In this document: piece after piece, positions 43,464 through 53,038 of the stretch
Layout: each line of letters begins with the position of its first letter
How positions within the stretch are numbered: position 1 is the stretch's first letter
Assembly: GCA_051954955.1 (NCBI GenBank)
Contig: JBQCHF010000072.1
Coordinates: 13,319-77,318 of the forward strand
Length of the DNA: 64,000 bases
Direction of reading: 5' to 3'
Origin: Motilibacteraceae bacterium
Lineage (GTDB): Bacteria; Actinomycetota; Actinomycetes; Motilibacterales; Motilibacteraceae
Program-made: the position numbers and the translations under genes
Notes under the pieces: model-generated
Database searches by the model: none
The model's input: only the letters and a program-made list of their open reading frames with translations
Told to the model about the DNA's origin: nothing

Positions 43464-43670
43464 TCAGCCGGCGTCGCGCTGCTGCGGGATCCCCGCGAGC
43501 AGGGCGCGGACCTCGGTCTCGCGGTAGCGGCGGTGGCCGCCCAGTGTCCGGATCGAGGTCAGCTTGCCGGCCTTGGCCCAGCGCGTGACGGTCTTGGGGT
43601 CTACCCGGAACATCGAGGCGACCTCAGCCGGCGTGAGCAGCGGCTCGGTGTCAGGGGTGCGCGAGCTCAT
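43464..43670 (-). CDS. bldC: BldC, small MerR-like/excisionase-type DNA-binding developmental regulator
   Basis: 68 aa: MSSRTPDTEPLLTPAEVASMFRVDPKTVTRWAKAGKLTSIRTLGGHRRYRETEVRALLAGIPQQRDAG. By my recollection this is nearly identical to Streptomyces BldC. It is the only real part of track ORF 43464..44927. Confidence 0.9.
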   Translation of the reverse strand: MSSRTPDTEPLLTPAEVASMFRVDPKTVTRWAKAGKLTSIRTLGGHRRYRETEVRALLAGIPQQRDAG

Positions 43671-44028
43671 GGATGGGCCTCCTTGGCATGAACCGACCAA
43701 CTCAGGTCGGCTCCCTGCCCCCATGGTGGCCGTTGACGCGATTGTCCGGAATGGCACGACGGGACCATTCCTCGGGTGGTCGGACCGGGCTAGTCGCCAC
43801 GGACCAGGTCCCGGGGGTCCTAGTGCACGCACACCAGACGGGTCGGGACCCACGGCGCAGGAGGCCGCATGCCGGAGGAGAGCGGCGCCGACGGCGCACG
43901 GGGCGGACGTGCGGGCCGGGTGCCAGGGAGGGGACGGGACGGGGGAGCCACCGGGAGGAACTGTCCCGGGAACGGGACCCCAGGCCGTCACCCGGATGGG
44001 CGAACCCGCTGCAGACGGGGGGACGGCC

Positions 44029-44880
44029 TCAGCTGGCCGAGGCCAGCGCCTCGAGCGGACGCCAGCGCTCCAGCAGCTGCTCGTAGGCGCCCAGCGCCCC
44101 GGCCTCATCGCCGGCGGAGAGCGCCGCCAGCCCCCGGGCGACCTCGGCGGCGGAGCGGTCCTGCACCAGCGCCTCGTCGGGCAGGAGGTCCACCAGCCCG
44201 GCGTAGTCGAGCTCCACGACCGCGCGCGGGTGGAACTCCTCCAGCCAGCGCGCGAGGTCCTCGACCTCGATCGCGAGGTCGCTGCCCGGCAGGGCACCGC
44301 GCACCGCGCGCAGGGCGTGCGCGGCCCGGCGGCGGGCAGCGGACATCGGCGTGCGGTAGGAGAGGCGCCGGGCGTCGCCCAGCAGAAGCTCGCGCTCGGC
44401 GTCCTCCACCAGCACGAACCAGGTGACCGGCACGTGCCATGCGGCGTCGCGGACGTGCACGGGGGCCAGCCGGGGCGGGCCCACCTGCGCCCGCAGGGCG
44501 GGCGGGACGGCCGCGGCCAGCAGCGGCGCGGGCAGCTCCTCCTGGGCGCGGGCCAGGGCATGGGTGACCCGCAGCTCGAGGTCCCAGGGGCAGACGCAGG
44601 TGATGCCGTCGACGTCGAGGACGTAGGCGCCGCGCTCGCCGTCGTCCTCGGGCAGGCGAGGAGGGGTGGCCAGCACCGCCGTGAACGCGACCCGGCGCTC
44701 GGCCACGTCCACGCCGAGGTGGTCCTTCCGGGCCCGGCCGGCCCGCGCGGCCCAGCGGCTGCGCTCGGGCTCCTCCCAGGCGGCCAGCGGCTCGTAGACC
44801 CGCAGCTGGGCGACGGCCGGCAGGCCCCGCACCGGCACGCGTCGCTGCTCGCCCTCGCCGCGCCCCTGGGTGCCTGCCAC
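44029..44880 (-). CDS. Conserved hypothetical protein (the bldC-vdh neighbourhood gene)
   Basis: 283-aa ORF with coherent composition and high GC3 (LRVYEPLAAWEEPERSRW...VLDVDGITCVCPWDLELRV...VVELDYAGLVDLLPDE). I recall no family name. Confidence 0.6.
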   Translation of the reverse strand: MAGTQGRGEGEQRRVPVRGLPAVAQLRVYEPLAAWEEPERSRWAARAGRARKDHLGVDVAERRVAFTAVLATPPRLPEDDGERGAYVLDVDGITCVCPWDLELRVTHALARAQEELPAPLLAAAVPPALRAQVGPPRLAPVHVRDAAWHVPVTWFVLVEDAERELLLGDARRLSYRTPMSAARRRAAHALRAVRGALPGSDLAIEVEDLARWLEEFHPRAVVELDYAGLVDLLPDEALVQDRSAAEVARGLAALSAGDEAGALGAYEQLLERWRPLEALASAS

Positions 44881-45022
44881 GCACCCATCGTGGCACGCGG
44901 CCCGGCGGCGGCGCCCTGCCCGGCCACCGCTGCACGATGCGCCGGCCCCTGTCTAGGCTTCCCTCGTCAACGACGACACCCGCCGCCACAACCCGGCGGC
45001 CCCTTCGAGCGGAGTCACCACC

Positions 45023-46120
45023 GTGACCAGCAGCGACTCGGGCGTCTTCGGCCGGCACGCGTCCGGCCACACCCACGAGCAGGTCGTGTTCTGCCACGAC
45101 CCCGGCAGCGGCCTGCGCGCCATCATCGCCATCTACTCCACCGCGCTCGGCCCGGCCCTGGGCGGCACGCGGTTCCACCCCTACGCCTCCGAGGACGCGG
45201 CGCTCGCCGACGTCCTGGACCTGGCCAAGGGGATGGCCTACAAGAACGCCCTCGCCGGGCTGGACCACGGCGGCGGCAAGGCGGTGATCATCGGCGACCC
45301 GGCCACCGACAAGACCGAGGCCCTGCTGCGCGCCTACGGCCGCTTCGTCGAGTCCCTCGGCGGCCGCTACGTGACCGCGTGCGACGTCGGCACCTACGTG
45401 CAGGACATGGACGTCGTCGGCCGGGAGACCCGCTGGGCCACCGGCCGCTCGGAGGCCAACGGCGGCGCAGGCGACTCCTCGGTGCTCACCGCGTGGGGCG
45501 TCTTCCAGGGCATGCGCGCCTCCGCCGCGCACGCCTGGGGCAGCCCGAGCCTGTCCGGCCGCACCGTCGGCATCGAGGGCGTGGGCAAGGTGGGCCACCA
45601 CCTGGTCGAGCACCTGCTCGAGGACGGCGCCACCGTGGTCGTCACCGACGTCGACGAGGCCGCGCTGGACCGGGTGCGCACCGCGCACCCCGAGGTGGAG
45701 GTGCTCGACTCCACCGCCGACCTGGTGCGCGCGGACCTCGACGTCTACTCCCCGTGCGCGCTGGGCCACGCCCTCACCGACGACGTCGTGCAGGTGCTGC
45801 GCGCCAAGGTCGTCTGCGGCGCCGCCAACAACCAGCTGGCGCACCCCGGGGTGGAGAAGGCGCTGGCTGACCGCGGCGTGCTCTACGCCCCGGACTACGT
45901 GGTGAACGCCGGCGGGGTGATTCAGGTGGCCGACGAGCTGCACGGCCCGTCGTTCGCCCGGGCCAAGGCGCAGGCCACGAGGATCTTCGACACCACCGCC
46001 GCCATCCTGGCCCGCGCTGACGCCGACGGGGTGCCGCCCGCGGTGGCTGCGGACCGGCTGGCCGAGCAGCGGATGGCCGAGGTCGGCCGGCTGCGCGGGA
46101 TCCTGCTGCCGAAGGGCTGA
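45023..46120 (+). CDS. vdh: Leu/Val/Phe dehydrogenase family (valine dehydrogenase-like)
   Basis: Sequence: [64 protein letters not shown]. The catalytic Lys motif is present, and the Rossmann motif is [12 protein letters not shown]. Confidence 0.88.
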   Translation: MTSSDSGVFGRHASGHTHEQVVFCHDPGSGLRAIIAIYSTALGPALGGTRFHPYASEDAALADVLDLAKGMAYKNALAGLDHGGGKAVIIGDPATDKTEALLRAYGRFVESLGGRYVTACDVGTYVQDMDVVGRETRWATGRSEANGGAGDSSVLTAWGVFQGMRASAAHAWGSPSLSGRTVGIEGVGKVGHHLVEHLLEDGATVVVTDVDEAALDRVRTAHPEVEVLDSTADLVRADLDVYSPCALGHALTDDVVQVLRAKVVCGAANNQLAHPGVEKALADRGVLYAPDYVVNAGGVIQVADELHGPSFARAKAQATRIFDTTAAILARADADGVPPAVAADRLAEQRMAEVGRLRGILLPKG

Positions 46121-46160
46121 CAGCCTCCGTCACCCGACCGGCCCATCGCCTGACCGTCTG

Positions 46161-46210
46161 CGTGAGGGGTCCCCTGACCTGCTTCTTCGCGCGTCGGGGG
46201 TCCCCTCACG
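46161..46210 (+). terminator. Hairpin downstream of vdh
   Basis: CGTGAGGGGTCCCCTGAC-(14 nt)-GTCGGGGGTCCCCTCACG. The stem has 18 positions, with one U.U mismatch and one U.G wobble in plus sense. It begins 41 nt after the vdh stop. Confidence 0.5.
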
Positions 46211-46359
46211 GCGTCCGGGCGGCCCGGCGTCGGCAGGACCTTGCGCGAACGTGCCGGAACAGGCTCGCGCCCTGTACCGTTGGGCGCACGAGACGAACGT
46301 GGACTACCCGGGGCCGCCTTGCGCCGGCCGTCCCGATGACCGCATGAGGGGGTCGAGCC

Positions 46360-46575
46360 CTGGGGCGCGGCCGCGCGAAGGCCAAGCAGACGAAGGTCGC
46401 CCGGGAGCTGAAGTACCACACTCCCAGCACCGACCTCACCGCGCTGCAGCGTGAGTTGGCGGGCACTCCGACGACCTCTCCCAAGGTCGTGGAGGACGAG
46501 CCCGACGACGAGTACGACGCGTACTCCTACGAGGACGAGGACGAGGACGACGGCCCCTGGGCCTCGTCCCGCTGA
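46360..46575 (+). CDS. DUF3073-family small acidic protein, apparently initiating at CTG
   Basis: Missing from the ORF track. Manual translation gives (CTG)GRGRAKAKQTKVARELKYHTPSTDLTALQRELAGTPTTSPKVVEDEPDDEYDAYSYEDEDEDDGPWASSR, with a stop at 46573-46575. The conserved family N-terminus is MGRGRAKAKQTKVAR. An in-frame TGA lies at 46345-46347, and no ATG/GTG/TTG occurs between it and the GRGRAK codons. AGGGGG sits 7 nt upstream of the CTG. Confidence 0.7.
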   Translation: MGRGRAKAKQTKVARELKYHTPSTDLTALQRELAGTPTTSPKVVEDEPDDEYDAYSYEDEDEDDGPWASSR

Positions 46576-46763
46576 CGTCCTCCCACGCGGGCACCGATCA
46601 CTTCACGGCAGGAGCCGGGACGCCGACAGGCAGTCCCGGCTCCGTCGTCTGCCATGCCGGGGTGGGCCCGGGTCGCAATGATCACGCTCCCGTGATCGAT
46701 GCATGCTTCCCTCGCCCGATCGGCGCAGGTGAGCATGGAACTGTGGTGGGGAGCGCGGCTGGC

Positions 46764-47843
46764 TCAGGCCTGGTGGTCGCCCTCGAGCCGCACCGTGCCG
46801 CCGGGCAGCCCGGCGTCGACGTCGGGCTCGACGACCTCGCCGAGCACCCAGGCCGGCACCCCGCGCGCGGCGAGCACCCGCAGCGCCTCGTCGGCCTCTC
46901 CGGCGGCCACCACCGCGACCATGCCCACGCCCATGTTCAGGGTGCGCTCGAGCTCCTCGCGGGCCACCCCGCCCAGCTCCCCCACCGCGGCGAACACCGG
47001 CGCCGGGGTCCAGGTGGAGCGCTGCAGCCGCACCGCCAGGGAGCCGGGGACCACCCGGGCCAGGTTGGCGGCCAGCCCGCCGCCGGTGACGTGGCTGAAG
47101 CCGTGCACCTCGACGGCGTCGATCAGCGCCAGGCAGTCCAGCGAGTAGATCCGGGTCGGCTCGAGCAGCTCCTCGCCGAGAGTGCGCCCGAACTCGGGCA
47201 CCTGCCGGTCCAGCGACCAGCCGGCGACGTCGAAGAACACGTGTCGCGCCAGCGAGTAGCCGTTGGAGTGCAGGCCGGAGGCGGCCATGGCCACCACCAC
47301 GTCGCCGGCCCGCAGCCGGTCCGCACCGAGCAGCCGGTCGGCCTCCACCACGCCGGTGCCGGCGCCCGCGACGTCGTACTCGTCCGGGGCGAGCAGGCCG
47401 GGGTGCTCGGCGGTCTCGCCGCCGATGAGGGCGCAGCCGGCGCGCACGCAGCCCTCGGCGATGCCCTTGACGACGGCGGCAACCTTCTCCGGCACCACCT
47501 TGCCGGTGGCGATGTAGTCGGTCATGAACAGCGGCTCGGCCCCGCACACGACGAGGTCGTCCACGACCATGCCGACCAGGTCGATGCCGATGGTGTCGTG
47601 CACGTCCATCCGCCGGGCGACGTCGACCTTGGTGCCCACGCCGTCGGTGGAGGTGGCCAGCAGCGGGCGGCGGTAGCGGGTGAGCGCGGAGGCATCGAAG
47701 AGGCCGGCGAAGCCGCCGAGGCCGCCCAGCACCTCCGGGCGCTGGGCCTTGGCGACCCACTGCTTCATCAGCTCGACGGCGCGGTCGCCGGCCTCGATGT
47801 CGACGCCGGCGGCGGCGTAGGTGGCACCGGCAGGGCTGGTCAT
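46764..47843 (-). CDS. purM: Phosphoribosylformylglycinamidine cyclo-ligase (AIR synthetase) PurM
   Basis: Sequence: YAAAGVDIEAGDRAVELMK...GGLGGFAGLFD...LLATSTDGVGTKV...DLVGMVVDDLVVCGAEPLFMTDY...SGLHSNGYSL. ATG 47843, or GTG 47870 (GTGA overlap with the purF stop). The rest of track ORF 46764..49115 is read-through across purF. Confidence 0.93.
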   Translation of the reverse strand: MTSPAGATYAAAGVDIEAGDRAVELMKQWVAKAQRPEVLGGLGGFAGLFDASALTRYRRPLLATSTDGVGTKVDVARRMDVHDTIGIDLVGMVVDDLVVCGAEPLFMTDYIATGKVVPEKVAAVVKGIAEGCVRAGCALIGGETAEHPGLLAPDEYDVAGAGTGVVEADRLLGADRLRAGDVVVAMAASGLHSNGYSLARHVFFDVAGWSLDRQVPEFGRTLGEELLEPTRIYSLDCLALIDAVEVHGFSHVTGGGLAANLARVVPGSLAVRLQRSTWTPAPVFAAVGELGGVAREELERTLNMGVGMVAVVAAGEADEALRVLAARGVPAWVLGEVVEPDVDAGLPGGTVRLEGDHQA

Positions 47844-47866
47844 GGCGCCGGGCGCCTGCGGCGCGG

Positions 47867-49423
47867 TCACGGGCGACGCAGCGCGTCGCTCGCGCCGCCG
47901 GCCGCCGGGGAGGTGGACACCCCGTCCGGGCCGGTGACCACCGCCTTCTCCAGCCCCTCGAGCAGGTGCTTGCCGAGCAGCTCGGGCTCGGGCAGCGGCA
48001 CCGGGTAGACGCCGTCGAAGCACGCCTTGCACAGGTTGTCCGCGGGCTGCTCGGAGGCGGCCACCAGGTCCTCGAGCTCGACGTAGGCGAGGGAGTCGGC
48101 GCCGATGGAGGCGCAGATCTCGTCCACGCTCAGCCCGTTGGCGACCAGCTCGGCGGGGCTGGCGAAGTCGATGCCGTAGAAGCACGGCCACTTGACCGGC
48201 GGGCTGGAGATGCGCACGTGCACCTCGGCCGCGCCGGCCTCGCGCAGCATCCGCACCAGGGCGCGCTGGGTGTTGCCGCGCACGATCGAGTCGTCGACGA
48301 CGACCAGCCGCTTGCCGGTGATGACGTCGCGCAGCGGGTTGAGCTTGAGCCGGATGCCCAGCTGCCGGATGGTCTGGCTGGGCTGGATGAAGGTCCGGCC
48401 CACGTAGGAGTTCTTGACCAGGCCGACGCCGTAGGGGATGCCGCTGCCCTGGGCGTAACCGATGGCTGCGGGGGTGCCGGACTCGGGCACCGGGATGACC
48501 AGGTCGGCCTCCACCGGCAAGGTGGAGGCAAGCCGTCGGCCGATCTCGACCCGGGCCGCGTGCACGCTGCGGCCGGCGATCTTGGTGTCCGGGCGGGCGA
48601 GGTAGACGTACTCGAACAGGCAGCCCTTGGGCTGCTTCTCGGCGAAGGTGCGGGTGCGCAGCCCGTGCTCGTCGACGGCGACGATCTCGCCGGGCTCGAC
48701 CTCGCGGACGAAGGAGGCGCCGACGATGTCCAGCGCGGCGGTCTCGCTGGCCACCACCCAGCCGCGCTCGAGCTTGCCGAGCACCAGCGGTCGGATCCCC
48801 TGCGGGTCGCGCGCGGCGTAGAGGGTGGTCTCGTCCATGAAGACCAGCGAGAACGCGCCCTTGACCTGAGGCAGCACCTCGGCGGCCGCGGCCTCCAGCG
48901 AGAGGTCGGGGTAGCTGGCCAGCAGCGCGGTGAGCAGGTCGGTGTCGTTGGTGGCGCCCATGGCGTTCCCCGCGGAGAACGGCATCTCCCCGCTCAGCTC
49001 GCGGCGGGAGGCGGCCAGCGCGGCCAGCTCGTGGGTGTTGGTGAGGTTGCCGTTGTGGCCCAGGGCGATCGACCCGGTGGCGGTGGCCCGAAAGGTCGGC
49101 TGGGCGTTCTCCCACACGCTGGAGCCGGTGGTGGAGTAGCGCGCGTGCCCGATGGCCACGTGCCCCTTCAGCGCGGCCAGGTGGGACTCGTCGAACACCT
49201 GCGAGACCAGGCCCATGTCCTTATAGACCAGGATCTGCGAGCCGTTGCTGGTGGCGATGCCGGCCGACTCCTGCCCGCGGTGCTGCAGTGCGTAGAGGCC
49301 GAAGTAGGTGAGCTTGGCGACCTCCTCGCCGGGGGCCCAGACGCCGAAGACCCCGCAGGCGTCCTGCGGGCCCTTCTCGCCGGGGAGGAGGTCGTGGGTC
49401 AGCCGACCGTCGCCGCGGGTCAC
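47867..49423 (-). CDS. purF: Amidophosphoribosyltransferase PurF
   Basis: N-terminal nucleophile context: ACGVFGVWAPGEE...YALQHRGQESAGI. PRTase motif: RLVVVDDSIVRGNT. Confidence 0.95.
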   Translation of the reverse strand: MTRGDGRLTHDLLPGEKGPQDACGVFGVWAPGEEVAKLTYFGLYALQHRGQESAGIATSNGSQILVYKDMGLVSQVFDESHLAALKGHVAIGHARYSTTGSSVWENAQPTFRATATGSIALGHNGNLTNTHELAALAASRRELSGEMPFSAGNAMGATNDTDLLTALLASYPDLSLEAAAAEVLPQVKGAFSLVFMDETTLYAARDPQGIRPLVLGKLERGWVVASETAALDIVGASFVREVEPGEIVAVDEHGLRTRTFAEKQPKGCLFEYVYLARPDTKIAGRSVHAARVEIGRRLASTLPVEADLVIPVPESGTPAAIGYAQGSGIPYGVGLVKNSYVGRTFIQPSQTIRQLGIRLKLNPLRDVITGKRLVVVDDSIVRGNTQRALVRMLREAGAAEVHVRISSPPVKWPCFYGIDFASPAELVANGLSVDEICASIGADSLAYVELEDLVAASEQPADNLCKACFDGVYPVPLPEPELLGKHLLEGLEKAVVTGPDGVSTSPAAGGASDALRRP

Positions 49424-49447
49424 GGGGGAAGTCTACGGGCCGCTCGG

Positions 49448-49912
49448 CTAGGGAGCGGGCGGGCGTCCGCCGGCTGAGCGCTCCTCGGCCCGCAGCTCGG
49501 CCTGCACCTCGGCCTGCACCGCCCGGCGCTCGGCCTCGTTCTCGTCTGCGTGCTCGTCCGGATCGTCGGTCTCCGGCATCGCAGCGACCGCCGGCGGGAC
49601 CGGCTGCTGCGGCTGCTGCGGCTGCTGGTCGACGACACCTGCCGGCTCCCGCCGGTCGGCCCGGGCGTCGAGCACCGACGCGGCCACGCCGGACAGCAGG
49701 GCGCCGGCGCTGCCGAGCACCAGCACGAGGTAGAGGGCGACCTGGTGGCGCGAGTAGCCGCCGGCCGGCGAGGCGGTCAGGGTCAGCAGGAGCGCGACGA
49801 CGACCCCGGCTGCCGCGCCGGTGCCGATCCAGGCGCCGAAGCGGGGACGGCGGGGCGCCCCTCCGGTCGTTGCCCGCTGTCGCGCCGCCTGCTGCGCTGG
49901 CTTGTCGCCCAC
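49448..49912 (-). CDS. Hypothetical membrane protein with a (QQP)3 repeat and an acidic tail
   Basis: Two predicted TM helices (WIGTGAAAGVVVALLLTLTA and VALYLVLVLGSAGALLSGVAASVL). A 9-bp x3 repeat CGGCTGCTG lies at about 49596-49625. No family recognised. Confidence 0.45.
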   Translation of the reverse strand: MGDKPAQQAARQRATTGGAPRRPRFGAWIGTGAAAGVVVALLLTLTASPAGGYSRHQVALYLVLVLGSAGALLSGVAASVLDARADRREPAGVVDQQPQQPQQPVPPAVAAMPETDDPDEHADENEAERRAVQAEVQAELRAEERSAGGRPPAP

Positions 49913-49989
49913 GCTTCGACGGTACCCGGCCCCGTCTCAGGCGGCGCGCCGGCGAGGTCCGTCGGCCGGGCGCCGGGTCAGGTCGCCGA

Positions 49990-50790
49990 TCAGAGCCGAC
50001 CGCCGCCCTCGCTGCCGGAGAGCTTCTGCGCGGCCCAGATCGGGATGACCGAGAGCACCACGAGCAGGGCGGCCACCACGTTGATCACCGGCGCCTGGTT
50101 GGGCCGGAACAGGTTGTTGAAGATCCAGATCGGCAGGGTCTGGATGCCGGGGGCGATGGTGAACGTCGTGACGACGATCTCGTCGAAGCTGAGCGCGAAG
50201 GCGAGCAGGCCACCGGCCAGCAGGGCCGAGCGCAGCTGCGGGAAGGTGACCAGCCGGAAGGTCTGGAAGGTGTCGGCGCCGAGGTCGGCCGAGGCCTCCT
50301 CCAGCGTCGTCCCGGTCCGCCGCAGCCGGGCGAGCACGTTGTTGTAGACCACCACGATGCAGAAGGTCGCGTGGCCGATGACGACGGTGAGGTAGCCGAA
50401 CGGGACTCCGCCGTAGGTGAAGGCCGAGTTCAGCGCGATGCCGGTCACGATGCCGGGCAGCGCGATCGGCAGGATCACCAGGAACGACACCGTCTCCCGG
50501 CCGAAGAACCGGTAGCGCTGCACGGCGAACGCGGCCATGGTGCCGAGCACCAGGGCGATCGCGGTGGCCCCCAGGCCCACCTCGACGCTGGTGAGCAGCG
50601 CGTCGCGCGCCCCGGCGTTGCCGAGGGTGCGCCGCCACCACTCGAGGGTGAAGCCGCTCGGCGGCCAGCCGAAGGTCTTGGAGGTGTTGAACGAGTTGAC
50701 CAGCACGACCAGCAGGGGCACGTAGACCACCGCCAGGCCGAGCGCCATCGCGGCGGTCAGGGCGGCCCGCGCCCGGCGCGAGAGCGTCAT
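49990..50790 (-). CDS. ABC transporter permease, PotC-like (polyamine-type importer)
   Basis: Six TM segments. The N-terminal region reads VYVPLLVVLVNSFNTSKTFGWPPSGFTLEWW. EAA-loop region: EEASADLGADTFQTFRLVTFPQL. Confidence 0.8.
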   Translation of the reverse strand: MTLSRRARAALTAAMALGLAVVYVPLLVVLVNSFNTSKTFGWPPSGFTLEWWRRTLGNAGARDALLTSVEVGLGATAIALVLGTMAAFAVQRYRFFGRETVSFLVILPIALPGIVTGIALNSAFTYGGVPFGYLTVVIGHATFCIVVVYNNVLARLRRTGTTLEEASADLGADTFQTFRLVTFPQLRSALLAGGLLAFALSFDEIVVTTFTIAPGIQTLPIWIFNNLFRPNQAPVINVVAALLVVLSVIPIWAAQKLSGSEGGGRL

Positions 50791-50818
50791 CGGATCTCCT
50801 CGCTCGCGAAAGGTGCCG

Positions 50819-51817
50819 TCACAGGTTCTCCAGGGCGCCGGTCCGCTTGACCAGGACCAGGTAGAGGATCACCACGATCACCGGGAAGAACGCGGCCGCG
50901 GCGGCGAAGGGGAGGTTGTTGGCCACGCCGATGTTGTCGTAGATGACGTTGGCGAACAGCTGGGTCTTGCCACCGACGATCTTCACCGCGATGTAGTCGC
51001 CGAGGGACAGCGAGAACGTGAAGATCGAGCCGGCCACGAGGGACGGGAACACCAGCGGCAGGACGACCGAGCGGACCGTCCGCCCGGCCGGGGCGCCGAG
51101 GTCGCTGGAGGCCTCCAGCAGGGAGTTCGGCAACCGCTCCAGGCCGGCGTAGACCGGCAGCACCATGTACGGCAGCCACAGGTACGCGAGCGTGAGGGTG
51201 GTGCCGGTCAGGCCGTAGCCGGGGCCGCTGAGCCCCAGCGGGGCGAGCGCCCAGTTCAGGACGCCGTCGCCGGCGAGCATCGTGCGCCAGGCATAGGCCT
51301 TGACCAGGTAGCTCGCCCACAGCGGGGTGAGGATGGCCGCCACCAGCAGCTTCTGCGCGCGCGGGCTGGCCACCTTCGCCATGTAGAACGCCATCGGCAG
51401 CGCGATGAGGCCGTCGACGAGCGTGACCAGCGCGGCCACGCCGAGGCTGCGCAACGCGACGGTCCGGTACACGTCCTGGGTGACCAGCGTCTTGACGTTG
51501 TCCAGCGTCGGGACCCTGATGAGCGACCCGGTGAAGGAGTCCACGCTCCAGAACGCGGTGGCCAGCATGACGGCCAGCGAGCCCAGGTAGGCCACGACCA
51601 GCCAGAGCATCGGCGCGCTCAGCAGCCCCGTGAGCCGTGCCCGCGGGGCGCGGTGCAGGAACGCCGAGAGGCGGGCGACGGCCTGTGGTCGGCGACTGCT
51701 GCCGGTGACGGCGGTCGGCGTCGCGCTGGTCACCCTCGCTCCTCTCCTACGTGCTGTCGTTGGTGCGCTCGTCGCCGTGGACGCAGCCGGCGTGGCCCCA
51801 CCACGGGGTGGGGCCAC
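50819..51817 (-). CDS. ABC transporter permease, PotB-like
   Basis: EAA loop: LEASSDLGAPAGRTVRSVVLPL. Polytopic membrane protein. The N-terminal roughly 45 codons of the ORF are Arg/Thr-rich, so the true start is uncertain. Confidence 0.8.
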   Translation of the reverse strand: MAPPRGGATPAASTATSAPTTARRRGARVTSATPTAVTGSSRRPQAVARLSAFLHRAPRARLTGLLSAPMLWLVVAYLGSLAVMLATAFWSVDSFTGSLIRVPTLDNVKTLVTQDVYRTVALRSLGVAALVTLVDGLIALPMAFYMAKVASPRAQKLLVAAILTPLWASYLVKAYAWRTMLAGDGVLNWALAPLGLSGPGYGLTGTTLTLAYLWLPYMVLPVYAGLERLPNSLLEASSDLGAPAGRTVRSVVLPLVFPSLVAGSIFTFSLSLGDYIAVKIVGGKTQLFANVIYDNIGVANNLPFAAAAAFFPVIVVILYLVLVKRTGALENL

Positions 51818-51835
51818 GACGACGGCAGTCTCGGC

Positions 51836-53038
51836 TCAGCCCTTGATCTCGGTCCAGGCCTGGGTCCAGGCGGCGTAGTCCTTGCACACCGCGCCACGGG
51901 CGTCGCCGCAGTCCTTGGTGGGCGTGGTCCAGTACGAGATCCGGTCGGCGTAGGCCTTGTCCAGGGCGTGGTAGACGTCGCAGTGCGTCTTGTCCGCGGT
52001 CTCCTTGCAGGCCAGCGTCTGCGCCGGGGCCTCACCGAACCACTCGGCCACCTGGGCGTTCACCTTGGGGCTGATGATCCAGTCCATCCACTTGTACATG
52101 CAGTTCGGGTGCTGCGCCTTGGCCGCGATCATCCAGGTGTCCGACCAGCCGGTCGCCCCCTCCTTCGGGACGGTGCTCTCCACCTTGGCCTTGCCGCCGG
52201 CGTTGACCAGGTTGTCGTTCACCTGCCACTCGCTGCCGACCACCGTGTCGCCGCTCTCCAGCGCCTGCACGGCCTTGGTGTAGTCCGACCAGTACTCGCC
52301 GACGACGCCCTTCTGCTGCTTGAGCAGATCCACAGCCGCCTGGAACTGCTTGTCGTCCAGCTCGTACGGGTCGGTGATCTTCAGTTCGGGCTTGGTGGCC
52401 TTGAGGTAGAGCGCCGCGTCGGCGATGTAGATCGGCGAGTCGTAGGCGGTCACCTTGCCCTTGTAGGGGCTGTTGGGGTCGAAGACCACGCTCCACGAGT
52501 CCGGAGCCGGAGACACCTTGTCCGGCCGCCAGGTGAGGACGTTGGCGCCCCAGCCGTGCGGGATGCCGTACATCTTCCCGTCGACCGAGTTCCAGGGCCG
52601 GTTCTTGAGGAAGTCCGACACGGTCTTGTAGTTCGGCACCAGGTCGGTGTTCACCGGCGCGACGTCGCCGCCGTAGATGAGGCGCAGGGTGGCGTCACCG
52701 GAGGCCGACACCCCGTCGTACTGGCCCGTCTTCATGAGGGTCACCATCTCGTCGGACGTGTTGCCGATCTTGACGTTGACCTTGCAGCCGGTGCTCTGCT
52801 CGAACGGGGTGACCCAGTCCACCTTCGGGTCGTTGCTGCCGTTCTCCGCGTAGCCCGCCCACGCGATGATGTTGAGCTGCCCCTCGCCGGCGCCGACGGA
52901 GGTGGCGGCCGCGATCGCCGGCGGCTTGGCGCGACCGCTGGTCGAGGCGGTCTTGCCGCCGCTGGACGAGCCGCATCCGGCAAGGGCGAGCGCCGCGGCG
53001 GCGAGGGCCGCGGTCACCCCGAGTGGCGTGGCACGCAT
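51836..53038 (-). CDS. ABC transporter substrate-binding lipoprotein, PotD/PotF family
   Basis: Lipobox: LALAGCGSSSG. Sequence: LNIIAWAGYAENG...WVTPFEQSTGCKVNVKIGNTSDEMVTLMKTGQYDGVSASGD. Confidence 0.8.
   Translation of the reverse strand: MRATPLGVTAALAAAALALAGCGSSSGGKTASTSGRAKPPAIAAATSVGAGEGQLNIIAWAGYAENGSNDPKVDWVTPFEQSTGCKVNVKIGNTSDEMVTLMKTGQYDGVSASGDATLRLIYGGDVAPVNTDLVPNYKTVSDFLKNRPWNSVDGKMYGIPHGWGANVLTWRPDKVSPAPDSWSVVFDPNSPYKGKVTAYDSPIYIADAALYLKATKPELKITDPYELDDKQFQAAVDLLKQQKGVVGEYWSDYTKAVQALESGDTVVGSEWQVNDNLVNAGGKAKVESTVPKEGATGWSDTWMIAAKAQHPNCMYKWMDWIISPKVNAQVAEWFGEAPAQTLACKETADKTHCDVYHALDKAYADRISYWTTPTKDCGDARGAVCKDYAAWTQAWTEIKG

Noticed and set aside
43464-44927. 487-aa minus-strand ORF
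   Set aside because: Only the last 68 codons (BldC) are real. The remainder is Pro/Arg/Ala junk overlapping the separate 283-aa gene in another frame.
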